From the NCBI GenBank assembly GCA_963806225.1, contig CAWDXG010000001.1, forward strand, positions 1,696,001 through 1,760,000: DNA of 64,000 nt, given 5' to 3'. Numbering within the stretch: the stretch's first letter is position 1; every line of letters starts with the position of its first letter. Position numbers and translations under genes: made by a program. The notes under the pieces are model-generated. The model ran no database searches. It had not been told where the DNA came from and saw nothing but the letters and a program-made list of their open reading frames with translations. Below, one piece after another: positions 30,707-39,439 of this stretch. Source of the stretch: an uncultured delta proteobacterium. GTDB taxonomy: Bacteria > Myxococcota_A > Polyangia > Polyangiales > Polyangiaceae.

Positions 30707-30735
30707 AACCTAGTGACAGCTGAACAGATGTCAAG
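30707..30735 (-). promoter_or_regulatory. Sigma70-type leaderless promoter of the HNH gene overlapped by a LexA-box-like site
   Basis: Reverse strand CTTGACATCTGTTCAGCTGTCACTAGGTTTCCCGCATG: TTGACA, 16 nt, TAGGTT, 6 nt, ATG. Confidence 0.6.
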
Positions 30736-31055
30736 TGCCAGATGAGGATATTCCAGTCCGGACCCGGGGCAGCGCGCCGGCTCGCGAAGGCGCCCGACCA
30801 GCCACTCCAAGGTCGCGCTCGCCCCGACCCGCGCGAGTTGAGGCTGGGCGACCAGGTTCGTCGCCTTCGAGGGGCATGCTCATCGAGCCGTCCGGCTCGA
30901 CGAGAAATGCGCCGCCGCCTCCGGCAGGGCTGCGCTGCCGCCGCGACAATTGGGTCCACACGGTTCCGGGATTCAGGGGTCGTCGCTTCGCTAGGCGTTG
31001 CGACAAGGAAGCTAGCTGTCACGGCGACGCCCAGAGTTCCTGGTCCACACCGCCT

Positions 31056-31646
31056 TCAGGGGCAGTTGATGCCCGTGCACCGATTGTACGCGGTCACCTG
31101 ATCGAAAGTGGCGGTGAAGGTCGAACCGTCCGGGCACGTGATGGTTCCGGTGTCCGTGCTGGTGTCGGGCGCGTACTTCAGCACTTCGCTTCCCGTAGTA
31201 GCGATCATGACGCCGCTGGCTACAGTCACGTCGATGCACGGGGTGGTATCGCCGGGGCCGTACATGCCCGCTCCGTTCCCGTTCGAGACGTACTTCGAAC
31301 CATCGGACCAGGCGACCGTGCCGTTGTTGTCTGTGCACGTTCCGGACAGGTCGGGGGCGTAGCAGCTTCTGACGAACGACTCGATGCACGAGCCGAACAT
31401 GGGGTTGTTGGCGTCCGTGCAGCTGCCGGCGCCTCCACTGCCGCCGGCTGACGAGCCCGCGGAGCCGCCGCCGTTCGACGAACCTGCACTGCCGCCGCTC
31501 GACGAACCTGCGCTGCCGCCGCTCGACGAACCTGCGGCACCTCCGGAGGCGCCACCGTTGCCGCCGGCAGAAGAACCCTGTTGCCCGTCATTCGACGAGC
31601 AGCCGACCAGACAGAAGAAAAGAGTGAGTGTCAGGAGCTTGTGCAT
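31056..31646 (-). CDS. Hypothetical lipoprotein with Gly/Ser linker
   Basis: MHKLLTLTLFFCLVGC, SSGGSAGS repeats and a Cys-containing domain. Confidence 0.75.
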   Translation of the reverse strand: MHKLLTLTLFFCLVGCSSNDGQQGSSAGGNGGASGGAAGSSSGGSAGSSSGGSAGSSNGGGSAGSSAGGSGGAGSCTDANNPMFGSCIESFVRSCYAPDLSGTCTDNNGTVAWSDGSKYVSNGNGAGMYGPGDTTPCIDVTVASGVMIATTGSEVLKYAPDTSTDTGTITCPDGSTFTATFDQVTAYNRCTGINCP

Positions 31647-31659
31647 GGCGCCGCCCCAA

Positions 31660-31675
31660 GCAGGTCGCGTGCCAA
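31660..31675 (-). promoter_or_regulatory. Sigma54 (-24/-12) promoter
   Basis: Reverse strand TTGGCACG-CGAC-CTGC, 13 nt before the ATG at 31646. Confidence 0.55.
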
Positions 31676-31799
31676 CCTGATACCGGGGAACATGGGTGTT
31701 CTTCTGACCGAGACGTGTGGCACCCGCGGCACGCCGTGTTGCCGTCGGACAACGCCGGTGGCCGATCGGCGCCTTGCATGGACGAGCGGCAGCGCCGCG

Positions 31800-31918
31800 C
31801 ATCGAACTCCAACACAGCGAACCACCCGGGCGCGCATCGGTTCGTGCAGAGCGACGGCAACACCGTCATCTACGACGGCAGCACGTCGCTCCGGTCGACG
31901 GGCACCTGCTGCTACTAG
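31800..31918 (+). pseudogene. Remnant of a bulb-type (B-) lectin domain
   Basis: NSNTANHPGAHRFVQSDGNTVIYDGSTSLRSTGT resembles the QxDGNxVxY repeat; no start context. Confidence 0.45.
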
Positions 31919-32013
31919 TCGGCGCCACCTGCTCGCGACTCCCGCACGAATTCCCCGCCGGGCCTATTGCGCCGCGAGCGCTCCCGCCCCAGGAAGCGTG
32001 CGGAGGTTCCCCC

Positions 32014-32526
32014 ATGTCGCTCTATGATTCATCGATCCCGCAGCTTTCCAAGATGCTCCAGAACCTGGAGCGCTGGCTCGACAAGGCCGCCGACTACGCC
32101 AAGACCAGGAATTTCGACCCCGAAACGCTGCTAGTCGCGCGCCTCGCGCCCGATCAGTACCCGCTGCGCAAGCAGATCCAGGCGGCGTGCGACTCGGCCA
32201 AGTTCCCGGCCGCGCGACTCACGGGCAAGAAACCCCCGTCGCATCCCGACGGGGAGCAGACGCTGCCCGAGCTGCGCGAGCGCATCCAGAGCGTGATTTC
32301 CTACCTCGGCAGCTTCAAGCCCGAGGACTTCGCCGGCGCGGACAAGCGCCAGATCGAGCTGACGTTCGCTGAAGGCCAGGTCATCGATGGCAGCGACTAC
32401 CTGTGCGAGATGGCACTGCCGAACTTCTACTTCCACATCGTCACGGCCTACTCGATCCTGCGCCACAATGGCGTGGATCTCGGCAAGATCGACTTCATCG
32501 GTTCGCTGAACCTGCGCGCCAAGTAG
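32014..32526 (+). CDS. DUF1993 family protein
   Basis: MSLYD...LDKA, ARLAPDQYPL, ALPNFYFHIVTAYSILRHNGVDLGKIDF; GGAGG RBS. Confidence 0.9.
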   Translation: MSLYDSSIPQLSKMLQNLERWLDKAADYAKTRNFDPETLLVARLAPDQYPLRKQIQAACDSAKFPAARLTGKKPPSHPDGEQTLPELRERIQSVISYLGSFKPEDFAGADKRQIELTFAEGQVIDGSDYLCEMALPNFYFHIVTAYSILRHNGVDLGKIDFIGSLNLRAK

Positions 32527-32551
32527 ACGCGCTCGATTCGGACCGGCGGCG

Positions 32552-32989
32552 TCAGCGGTCGGTGCGCGGCGCGGCGTCTTCGCAGGCGGACGAGGGCGGC
32601 GCGGGCACAACGATAGACACGCCGCTCGCCGCCGGGTCGATGTCGAGCGAACGCTTCGCGTACCACGCGACGCTGGTGCAGCGCCGGCCCGCAGCGGGGG
32701 CAGGCGCGCACTGACCAAAGCGCGCCGTCCAGGTGCGGCGGCCCTCCGGCAAGGACAGCGTGCGTGGCCGCGTCCGCCCACTCCAGCCGTCGAAGATGCG
32801 CCTCAAGTGCGTGTCGCCTCCGCTCAGCTCCACGACAATCGGCCGCACCAGCTGGCGCGACGGATTGGCCGGCGTCGGCGGACACCCCGGCATGCCGCCG
32901 ACCGGCACCTCGCGGAAATGCGTCGTCGTGCAGCCTCTGCAAGCAGGCAGGGCGCAGGCGGCCAACACCAGCAACACGAGCACGCGCAC
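32552..32989 (-). CDS. Hypothetical lipoprotein
   Basis: VRVLVLLVLAACALPAC signal. Confidence 0.45.
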   Translation of the reverse strand: MRVLVLLVLAACALPACRGCTTTHFREVPVGGMPGCPPTPANPSRQLVRPIVVELSGGDTHLRRIFDGWSGRTRPRTLSLPEGRRTWTARFGQCAPAPAAGRRCTSVAWYAKRSLDIDPAASGVSIVVPAPPSSACEDAAPRTDR

Positions 32990-33636
32990 GCCCTGAGCTT
33001 GTCCGCGATCCGCGGGACATTCAAGGCCGCCACGGGGGGGGCGTAGCTGGGCGTCAGCGGCCACGCTGTGCCCGCGCCTGGCACATCCACCGAAATGGGG
33101 AAGCCTCGAGCGTTGGGCAGGAGCAGCACCTGCCCGGTTTCGCTGCCCAGGACCACTTGACTCGAGCCGAGGGCAATCGGCCCGCGCTGAAGGGAAGGCA
33201 AGAGCGCTTGCTACGGCGCGGTCCCCGTCGCCGTACTCGTCGCCGGGCCCGGTTGTTTCAGCATCGACGCACGCTGGCTCGGCCGAGGTTCTGCGAGGCG
33301 CTGTTCAGGGCGACCTCCTGGCGGTTTCCGGCTCGCCCTGCCGAACATGCACGAGGACGATACGTAGTTGCTCCTGCCGGCCTTCGACGAAGTCATCCGC
33401 GAGCACGAGCTCTCTCGTGACGTCTACGGCGTCATCTAGCCTACGAGAGGAGGGGATGGCTGACGTCGCAATCGTGGCGGGCGCGAAACGTATTTCTACC
33501 AGGGACACTCAGACACATCGAGAAGCGCGGCCAGGCCAGCATGGAAACGCTCGTCCCCTGCCACAGGTCGCGAAGGGTGACAGCGATACCGGTTGCCTCG
33601 GAGGCGCCGCGGGGAGACACCGCGGCCGGAGCCCCC

Positions 33637-34950
33637 ATGAACTGGACTACTCGATCCATACGCGCTGCGACAGCGGTCGCAGTCGTGACAATGGCGCCGG
33701 CTTGCACCTCGGTGCTTGGCCTGGGTGATTACAAGGACGCGCCCGCAGACGCTGGCAATGCCGGCGGAACCGCCGGAACTGCCGGAACCGCCGGAGCGGG
33801 CGGCGTGGCAGGGCCCGATGGTGGAGGCGTCGGCGGTACCGCCGGCAGTGCTGGCACGGGCGGAAGCGGCGGCGGCCAGAGCTCCAACGGTACCGTCTGC
33901 AGCAGCGCATCCAGCTGCAAGAGCGGGCATTGCGTCGACGGCGGGTGTTGCAATACCGTCTGCACCGGCACTTGCCAGGCCTGCAACCAGACCGCGAGCA
34001 AGGGCACCTGCAAGCCGCGCACAAGCGGGACGGATCCGGACAAGGAGTGTCTAGGCAGCGCTTCGAGCTCGAGCGACCCGTGCGCCGGGGCCTGCAACGG
34101 AAGCTCGGGCTGCACGTTCCCGAACGGCACCACGTCCTGCGGGGGCAACCCGACCTGCGCCGCCGGCCTGCAGACTACGTACGTTTGCGGTGGCGACGGA
34201 AGCTGCGGGCCGAAAACGACCACCTGCGGCGACTACGTCTGCGGCACTAGCAGCTGCAAGACCTCATGCACGGTCAACGGCGACTGCGTCTCGACGGCGT
34301 GGTGCCAGAGCGGCTCGTGCGTGCCCAAGGTTGCGAACGGCAGCGCCTGCGGCGGCAACAACCAATGCACGAGCGGCAACTGTGTCAGCGGAACGTGCTG
34401 CAAGACGAGCTGCGCCGCGCCCTGGAGCTGCTCGACTGGCACGTGTCTCTGCAACGGCGTGACTTGCTCGAAGTGCATCACCTGGTATCTGGATCAGGAC
34501 GGCGACGGGTTCGGCGCACATTCGTCGAACGACAAGGTGGGATGCGACACCGCCCAGCCCCCGGACGTGAACGGCCACCACTACGTCAAGAACAACACCG
34601 ACTGCGACGACACCGACGGCAACGCGCACCCCGGTCAGGCAAAGTATTTTACGACCAAGAGCGCCGGCGGGACCTGGGACTACAACTGCGACGGGACCAA
34701 CGAGGGAGCGTATGCGACGGTCCTTAGCGGGACCACGACATGCCATAACTGCGGTTCGACCTATTGCCTCAGCCCCCTGCAGGTATGGGGCTATGAGTGC
34801 CCCGGTAGCAACAGCTGTGCGTCGGTCACCCAGGCGTACAAGGGCACCTTCCAAACGATAGTGCAGTGCGGTCAGAGCGGCACCCTCTACCACTGCTCGG
34901 CGACCGGCACCGAGACGTCGACGCCTTCAGTAGTGGAACCTTGCCGCTGA
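33637..34950 (+). CDS. Cys-rich lipoprotein with a putative metal-binding repeat
   Basis: Lipobox APAC, Gly linker, CxSGxCVxGxCC repeats, WYLDQDGDGFG...DCDD...HPG...DYNCDG. Confidence 0.8.
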   Translation: MNWTTRSIRAATAVAVVTMAPACTSVLGLGDYKDAPADAGNAGGTAGTAGTAGAGGVAGPDGGGVGGTAGSAGTGGSGGGQSSNGTVCSSASSCKSGHCVDGGCCNTVCTGTCQACNQTASKGTCKPRTSGTDPDKECLGSASSSSDPCAGACNGSSGCTFPNGTTSCGGNPTCAAGLQTTYVCGGDGSCGPKTTTCGDYVCGTSSCKTSCTVNGDCVSTAWCQSGSCVPKVANGSACGGNNQCTSGNCVSGTCCKTSCAAPWSCSTGTCLCNGVTCSKCITWYLDQDGDGFGAHSSNDKVGCDTAQPPDVNGHHYVKNNTDCDDTDGNAHPGQAKYFTTKSAGGTWDYNCDGTNEGAYATVLSGTTTCHNCGSTYCLSPLQVWGYECPGSNSCASVTQAYKGTFQTIVQCGQSGTLYHCSATGTETSTPSVVEPCR

Positions 34951-35153
34951 CGACGCGGAGGCGGCTCGACGCGGACAGGCGCGCGTCGAGGCCGGCTTGC
35001 ACAAGCTCGTCGGGCGGAGCTTCGCTCTGCTGATGGCCTGATCGGATATAGCCACGCTCTGCTCCTGGTCTAGGTCTGCACGAGGGCCGGCATCCGAGGT
35101 CGATTGGCACAAGAACGCGACACCGGCTGGCCGTTCGACGTAGGCTCCGGTGC

Positions 35154-35930
35154 GTGCCAACACCATCCGATGCGAAGAAGGCGCTCGCGGCGCTGCTCCG
35201 CGAGCACGGGTTCCGGGGCAGCGCGCCGACCTTCCGCAAGTTCGTCGGCAAGGACTTCGTCGCCGTCGTCAACCTGCAGACAAGTGGCGATTCTGTCTAC
35301 GTCAACCTTGGAGCGCACTACCGCTGGCTCGGCAAGCCTTCGTCCTGGGAGAAGACGAAGGAGTACCAGTGCGCTTTTCGAAAGAGGCTCGTCGACTTTG
35401 CGGCAAACGATCGTTTCTGGCTGGACGACGACGCAAGCGTGACGGCTCTTCTGGAGATGATGAAGCTCGAGGGGCTGCTCTTCTTCGAGCAGCTCGAGCC
35501 AGACCGGATCAAGGAGACCACGAAGGCGCTCGCAAAGGACGGCTTCGACAGCTTCGTGCCGATCGGCACGCCGGCCGACGCGGCAACGTGGGCTCGAGTC
35601 GCGACGCGCTTCGGAGATGCGGAGGCGAAGAAGCGGTTCAAAGCGCAGTCCGCCGCCCAGGAAAAGGCGATCGCCGAGGAGCGCGCGCGCAGGCAGGCGG
35701 AACTGGACGCCGAGGCCGTGGAGATGACCTACGCCGAGCTCATGGCCGCGCGGAAAGCCGGGCGGTCGCCGAAAGTGGTCCATCTTCTGCCCGGGAAGAA
35801 GACGAAGAACGCTGCGAAGCAAACGGCGAAGAAGGCCAGGAAGAAAGCGGCGAAGAAGGCCAAGAAGGCGAAAGCGTCTCTGGAGCGAGCCGGAAAGCCG
35901 CAGCCCGCGAAGCGCCGCACCCGAGGTTGA
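35154..35930 (+). CDS. DUF4304-like protein with a Lys/Ala-rich tail
   Basis: LLREHGFRG..TFRK...VVNLQ...VNLG and a C-terminal AKKARKKAAKKAKK tail. Confidence 0.55.
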   Translation: MPTPSDAKKALAALLREHGFRGSAPTFRKFVGKDFVAVVNLQTSGDSVYVNLGAHYRWLGKPSSWEKTKEYQCAFRKRLVDFAANDRFWLDDDASVTALLEMMKLEGLLFFEQLEPDRIKETTKALAKDGFDSFVPIGTPADAATWARVATRFGDAEAKKRFKAQSAAQEKAIAEERARRQAELDAEAVEMTYAELMAARKAGRSPKVVHLLPGKKTKNAAKQTAKKARKKAAKKAKKAKASLERAGKPQPAKRRTRG

Positions 35931-35994
35931 GCGGTTCGGCCCGCCCAAACCTCGGCCAACGGCTGGAGTCGCGGCAGCTCAGTTCACGCGCCTT

Positions 35995-36576
35995 CTACTC
36001 CGCTCCGGGTGCGCTGCGGGAGCAGTAGCTGGGCAATGGGCTCCCGAGGTCCAGCCTCCGGAAGACGTCGGCCTTGCCACGGGCATCGCGCAGATACTGC
36101 TTGGCCTCCGCCGTGGGCATCTCCTGGGAGAAGAGCTCCAGACGGTTGCCGTCGGGATCCAGAAAGTACGCGCTCTTCGCGAAAACGTGGTCAGCCGTGA
36201 AGTCCAGACGCGCACCGTGCCTCTCGAGCCGCGCGATGATGGCGAGAAGCTGTTCCGGTCCCCCATCGATCTCCAGAGCCGTGTGGGCCATGAGTGAGCT
36301 ACCGATCGGCTGACCGTCGGGCACCTGGATCACGGCGATGTCGTGGTCACGCTCACCGAACGAGAAGAACGCCATCCGCGGTTCCTCGAGCGCCTTGACG
36401 AGCTCCATGCCGAGAGCCTCTGTGTAGAACCGTATCGATCGCTGCAGTTCCCGCACTGCCAGGACGACGTGGGCCACCTTCTTGAACTTCACCATGGGCT
36501 CCCCGTGCCGGTTGGTGTCGCTCGCTGCGTCGTTGCCGGCCTGCGGTGTGGATTGGTTCTGCTTCATGTCTTCCAT
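35995..36576 (-). CDS. VOC/glyoxalase family protein
   Basis: AHVVLAVRELQRSIRFYTEALGM, HDIAV, HTAL and YFLDPDGNRLE; AAGGAG RBS. Confidence 0.88.
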   Translation of the reverse strand: MEDMKQNQSTPQAGNDAASDTNRHGEPMVKFKKVAHVVLAVRELQRSIRFYTEALGMELVKALEEPRMAFFSFGERDHDIAVIQVPDGQPIGSSLMAHTALEIDGGPEQLLAIIARLERHGARLDFTADHVFAKSAYFLDPDGNRLELFSQEMPTAEAKQYLRDARGKADVFRRLDLGSPLPSYCSRSAPGAE

Positions 36577-36658
36577 GTTCGTGTCTCCTTCAGCCTTTCG
36601 TTGCGCCCCCGACAACGTGTCGGTGAAGAAGAAACTACGGAAATCCGCCCGCCCGGAC

Positions 36659-36712
36659 TTCGGGAAGACCCCCCAATTTCACGCGCGAACCGCTTTGGGT
36701 GGTTCTACCCAA
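36659..36712. promoter_or_regulatory. Two related 18-bp inverted-repeat operator-like sites
   Basis: TTGGGT-N6-ACCCAA (36695-36712) and TTCGGG-N6-CCCCAA (36659-36676) upstream of the VOC gene. Confidence 0.4.
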
Positions 36713-36818
36713 CCAGGCCGTTCTGGCCTCCCACGCGAGCTTTCACCCGCTTCCGCCGCCCGAGCGCGAGGACATGGACGCCGTGTGCGGGGCAGGTCAC
36801 ATCTGGTAGATTCGAGAT

Positions 36819-37358
36819 GTGTCAGGCGCGCTGTGCGCTGCTCTGTTGGGACTGACGCTCGCCGCCCCGGCAAGTGCACAATCGCTGTACACGGCTCCGA
36901 CGGTCGCACCGCTGTCGATCACGTCGGACGCGCCGGGTACGCGCTTCGAGATCCAGCGCTTGTCCGATCTCGTGCCACTGGCGAAGTGCGTCGACGAATG
37001 CCGCGTGTTGCTGCCCGTCGATCAGTACCGTCTGGTCGTTCACGGCTCCGACGGCGTCGCGAGCGGCCGGCGGATGTTCGAGCTCGACGCACCGATGCGC
37101 ATGCGGCTGACGCCCGACGCGCCGTGGCAACGCTGGACCGGGCTGTCAATGGCGGTCGTTGGAACGGCGGCCATCCTTGGCGGAATGTTTCTTGTCCTCA
37201 CTGGAAGTTACTCGGATTACGGCCCGTCGCAGCGCGAGAATCGGCAGACCGTCGGCGGGCTCATGGTGCTTGGCGGAGTCAGCCTCTCGATCCCCGGCTG
37301 GGTGGTGTTCAGGAACAGCTTCAGGCCCGGGCTGAAGGTGCTACCCGACCGGCGTTGA
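36819..37358 (+). CDS. Hypothetical secreted/membrane protein
   Basis: Signal ending ASA-Q, CxxxC beta domain and two hydrophobic helices; same layout as 44385..45089. Confidence 0.6.
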   Translation: MSGALCAALLGLTLAAPASAQSLYTAPTVAPLSITSDAPGTRFEIQRLSDLVPLAKCVDECRVLLPVDQYRLVVHGSDGVASGRRMFELDAPMRMRLTPDAPWQRWTGLSMAVVGTAAILGGMFLVLTGSYSDYGPSQRENRQTVGGLMVLGGVSLSIPGWVVFRNSFRPGLKVLPDRR

Positions 37359-37359
37359 T

Positions 37360-37510
37360 CACGGCGATGGCCCACGGGTTGCCCTGTGCTGACTCCAGCG
37401 TTGTTGGCGTTCCGCCGCCGCGGGCGTTCTCGACGGTCCCGCTGTTGCTCGTCCAGTAGACGCCGGTGGTGTCCCCGATGGCGAGCAGGACGGTGCCGGA
37501 CAGCGCCGGG
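37360..37510 (-). pseudogene. Remnant of a beta-propeller-type repeat protein
   Basis: LAIGDTTGVYWT...GGTPTTLESAQGNPWAIAV matches the xVYWT repeat common in myxobacterial secreted proteins. Confidence 0.4.
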
Positions 37511-37693
37511 GTCGGTCCGACGACCCGGCGTGGACCTGCTCGCTGCCAACCTGTCCACATCATGCTCTTCCGGACCCCAAGGTCGTGCCACCCTGTCGAT
37601 CGGCGTCCAGGCGACGTTTGACTTTTCCCCGTGGCAACCCAACGGCACGACTCCTGCAGGCGAGCTGCGCGCGTAGGCGGAAAGGTCGGAACG

Positions 37694-38209
37694 ATGAAAA
37701 AGGCGGGAACGATGGAAGTGGTGATGCTGGCTCTGGTCGCCGGGCTGTGCGTGACCTCGTGCCTGGTCACTGCGGCTCCCGGTACGGGTAGCGGCTCGTC
37801 GGGTCCGGGTGCGGGCGGCTCCTCGAACGGGGCGGACTCCGGGTGTGGCGGAGAAGCAGCCCAGGGCGGCTACTCGAAGGGAACAGCGGGCGCGTGGAAT
37901 GGAAGCGCGGGCAACGCGTACGGCTACCCCTCCGACCAGATGCCGGCCGACGATTGCTTCGGCTTCGGCTTCGATGACAACAAGGTGACCTGCCGCTTCT
38001 ACGACTCCTGCGCGATCCATTGCAGCAGCGACCCGGATTGCCCGTCGGCGCCGGGCGGCCCGGAGCCGGTGTGCCGGAAGAACAGCCAGACCTCCGGCAG
38101 GCTGTGCGTGCTGCCCTGCGGCCAGAGCGACGAGTGCCCCCAGGGAATGGTCTGCACCGTTCATCCCTATGGATACGGACGCATCTGCATGTGGCCCCGC
38201 GACTACTAG
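37694..38209 (+). CDS. Small Cys-rich lipoprotein
   Basis: Lipobox VTSC, Gly linker, CSSDPDCP and CGQSDECPQGMVC. Confidence 0.65.
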   Translation: MKKAGTMEVVMLALVAGLCVTSCLVTAAPGTGSGSSGPGAGGSSNGADSGCGGEAAQGGYSKGTAGAWNGSAGNAYGYPSDQMPADDCFGFGFDDNKVTCRFYDSCAIHCSSDPDCPSAPGGPEPVCRKNSQTSGRLCVLPCGQSDECPQGMVCTVHPYGYGRICMWPRDY

Positions 38210-38552
38210 AGTATCGGAGGTCGGGGATCGGCCAGGCTCGCCCGCGAGGTGACCCGGGGGAGACGACGCCGCCGAACGGCGTCGTTCTCTCGGGATGCAG
38301 TCATCGCGCTTCCAGGGTCGAGACGGTCGCCGCGCCCAGGCTGAAGCGTTTCACTCGAAAGCGAACTCCCGGGCATACACGCCGTGTAGCTGCCGGAGTT
38401 GGCTTCCAGTCTTCGGGTCGACCAGCAACACGGCGCCGTTCCCGGTGTAGTCGAGGCGGATAGCGCCGACTGCGTCGCCATGAATGCCGCCGTCGCCTGT
38501 GAAGACAGGGATGTCGATGACACACTGACCTCCGTGCAGAACTTGAAAGTTG

Positions 38553-39200
38553 CTACCGCCGGCGGCTCTCGCGCGGTTCACTGTTGCGGTGGTGGGGCAC
38601 TTTCGCCTGGGCGTCGAGGACGTCCGTCGCTCGCAGTGCTCCCATGAGCACTCCCGCGTCGTCCACCACCAGCACGAAATCGCGGTCCTCGCGCGTGAGC
38701 ACGCGCAGTGCGAGGTCGAGTCGTGCACGCGCGGAAACCACTGGATCGCTGGGAATCGCTGCCTGCAGCGCCGACGCGGTCGAGAGCTGGTCGGAGGAAT
38801 ACTGCTTGACCGCTGCTAGGACCTGCGCAGACGTGAGTACCCCCAGCGGGTGATGCCGCGGGTCGACGACGACGACCATGCGTCGCGGAGAAGTACCGAG
38901 GAGCTCGGCAGCTGTGGAAAGGGGTGCGTCTTCAGCGATCTGGGTCGCATGGCGCATCGCGCTGGTCACAGGTGCTTCGAGCGCGTCCCGCAAGTAGGCG
39001 GCGTCATGCGCGGTGCGGGTGCCGACGATGTCGATCAGCAATCGATCGTGACAAGATGGGCACTGCGTCGCTAGCTCCCCAGCTTCCGCGCGTACGACGA
39101 GCCTCGGGTCACGATCGGTGTTGGCGAGTGCCCAGGACGTTGCCATTACGTCCCCTGCGTATTCCTCGGGAACCGACGGTAGGCTGCCTATTCGTCCCAT
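38553..39200 (-). CDS. CBS-domain protein
   Basis: PVTSAM...VVVDPRHHPLGVLT and LVVDDAGVLMGALRATDVL; AGGAG RBS. Confidence 0.7.
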   Translation of the reverse strand: MGRIGSLPSVPEEYAGDVMATSWALANTDRDPRLVVRAEAGELATQCPSCHDRLLIDIVGTRTAHDAAYLRDALEAPVTSAMRHATQIAEDAPLSTAAELLGTSPRRMVVVVDPRHHPLGVLTSAQVLAAVKQYSSDQLSTASALQAAIPSDPVVSARARLDLALRVLTREDRDFVLVVDDAGVLMGALRATDVLDAQAKVPHHRNSEPRESRRR

Positions 39201-39439
39201 TTTCGACTCTCCTGGTGGTGGCCCCCCACGATCGAGCCAGACGACTCTGCAAGCTGCATACCCGGGCGCCGGCCTACCGTTCGGCCGAGTTGCGTATCCT
39301 CTTGGAACAATTGCACAACGGTCGTCGCGGACAGTCGAGCACCCGACAGCGACGCGGTGCCGCGGGCGCCGCGATTGGAGTGCGGCGCTTCGTCACGATG
39401 CGACATTCTGCCACGCATGCGTGAGTCTCACGTCGGCGT

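Noticed and set aside
30818..30829. 12-nt match (CTCGCCCCGACC) to the tRNA-Pro 3' end as an att site
   Set aside because: It is inverted relative to the tRNA, short and GC-rich, so it is expected by chance
39045..39065. CPSCH in the CBS protein as a heme c site
   Set aside because: Single motif in a protein with no export signal
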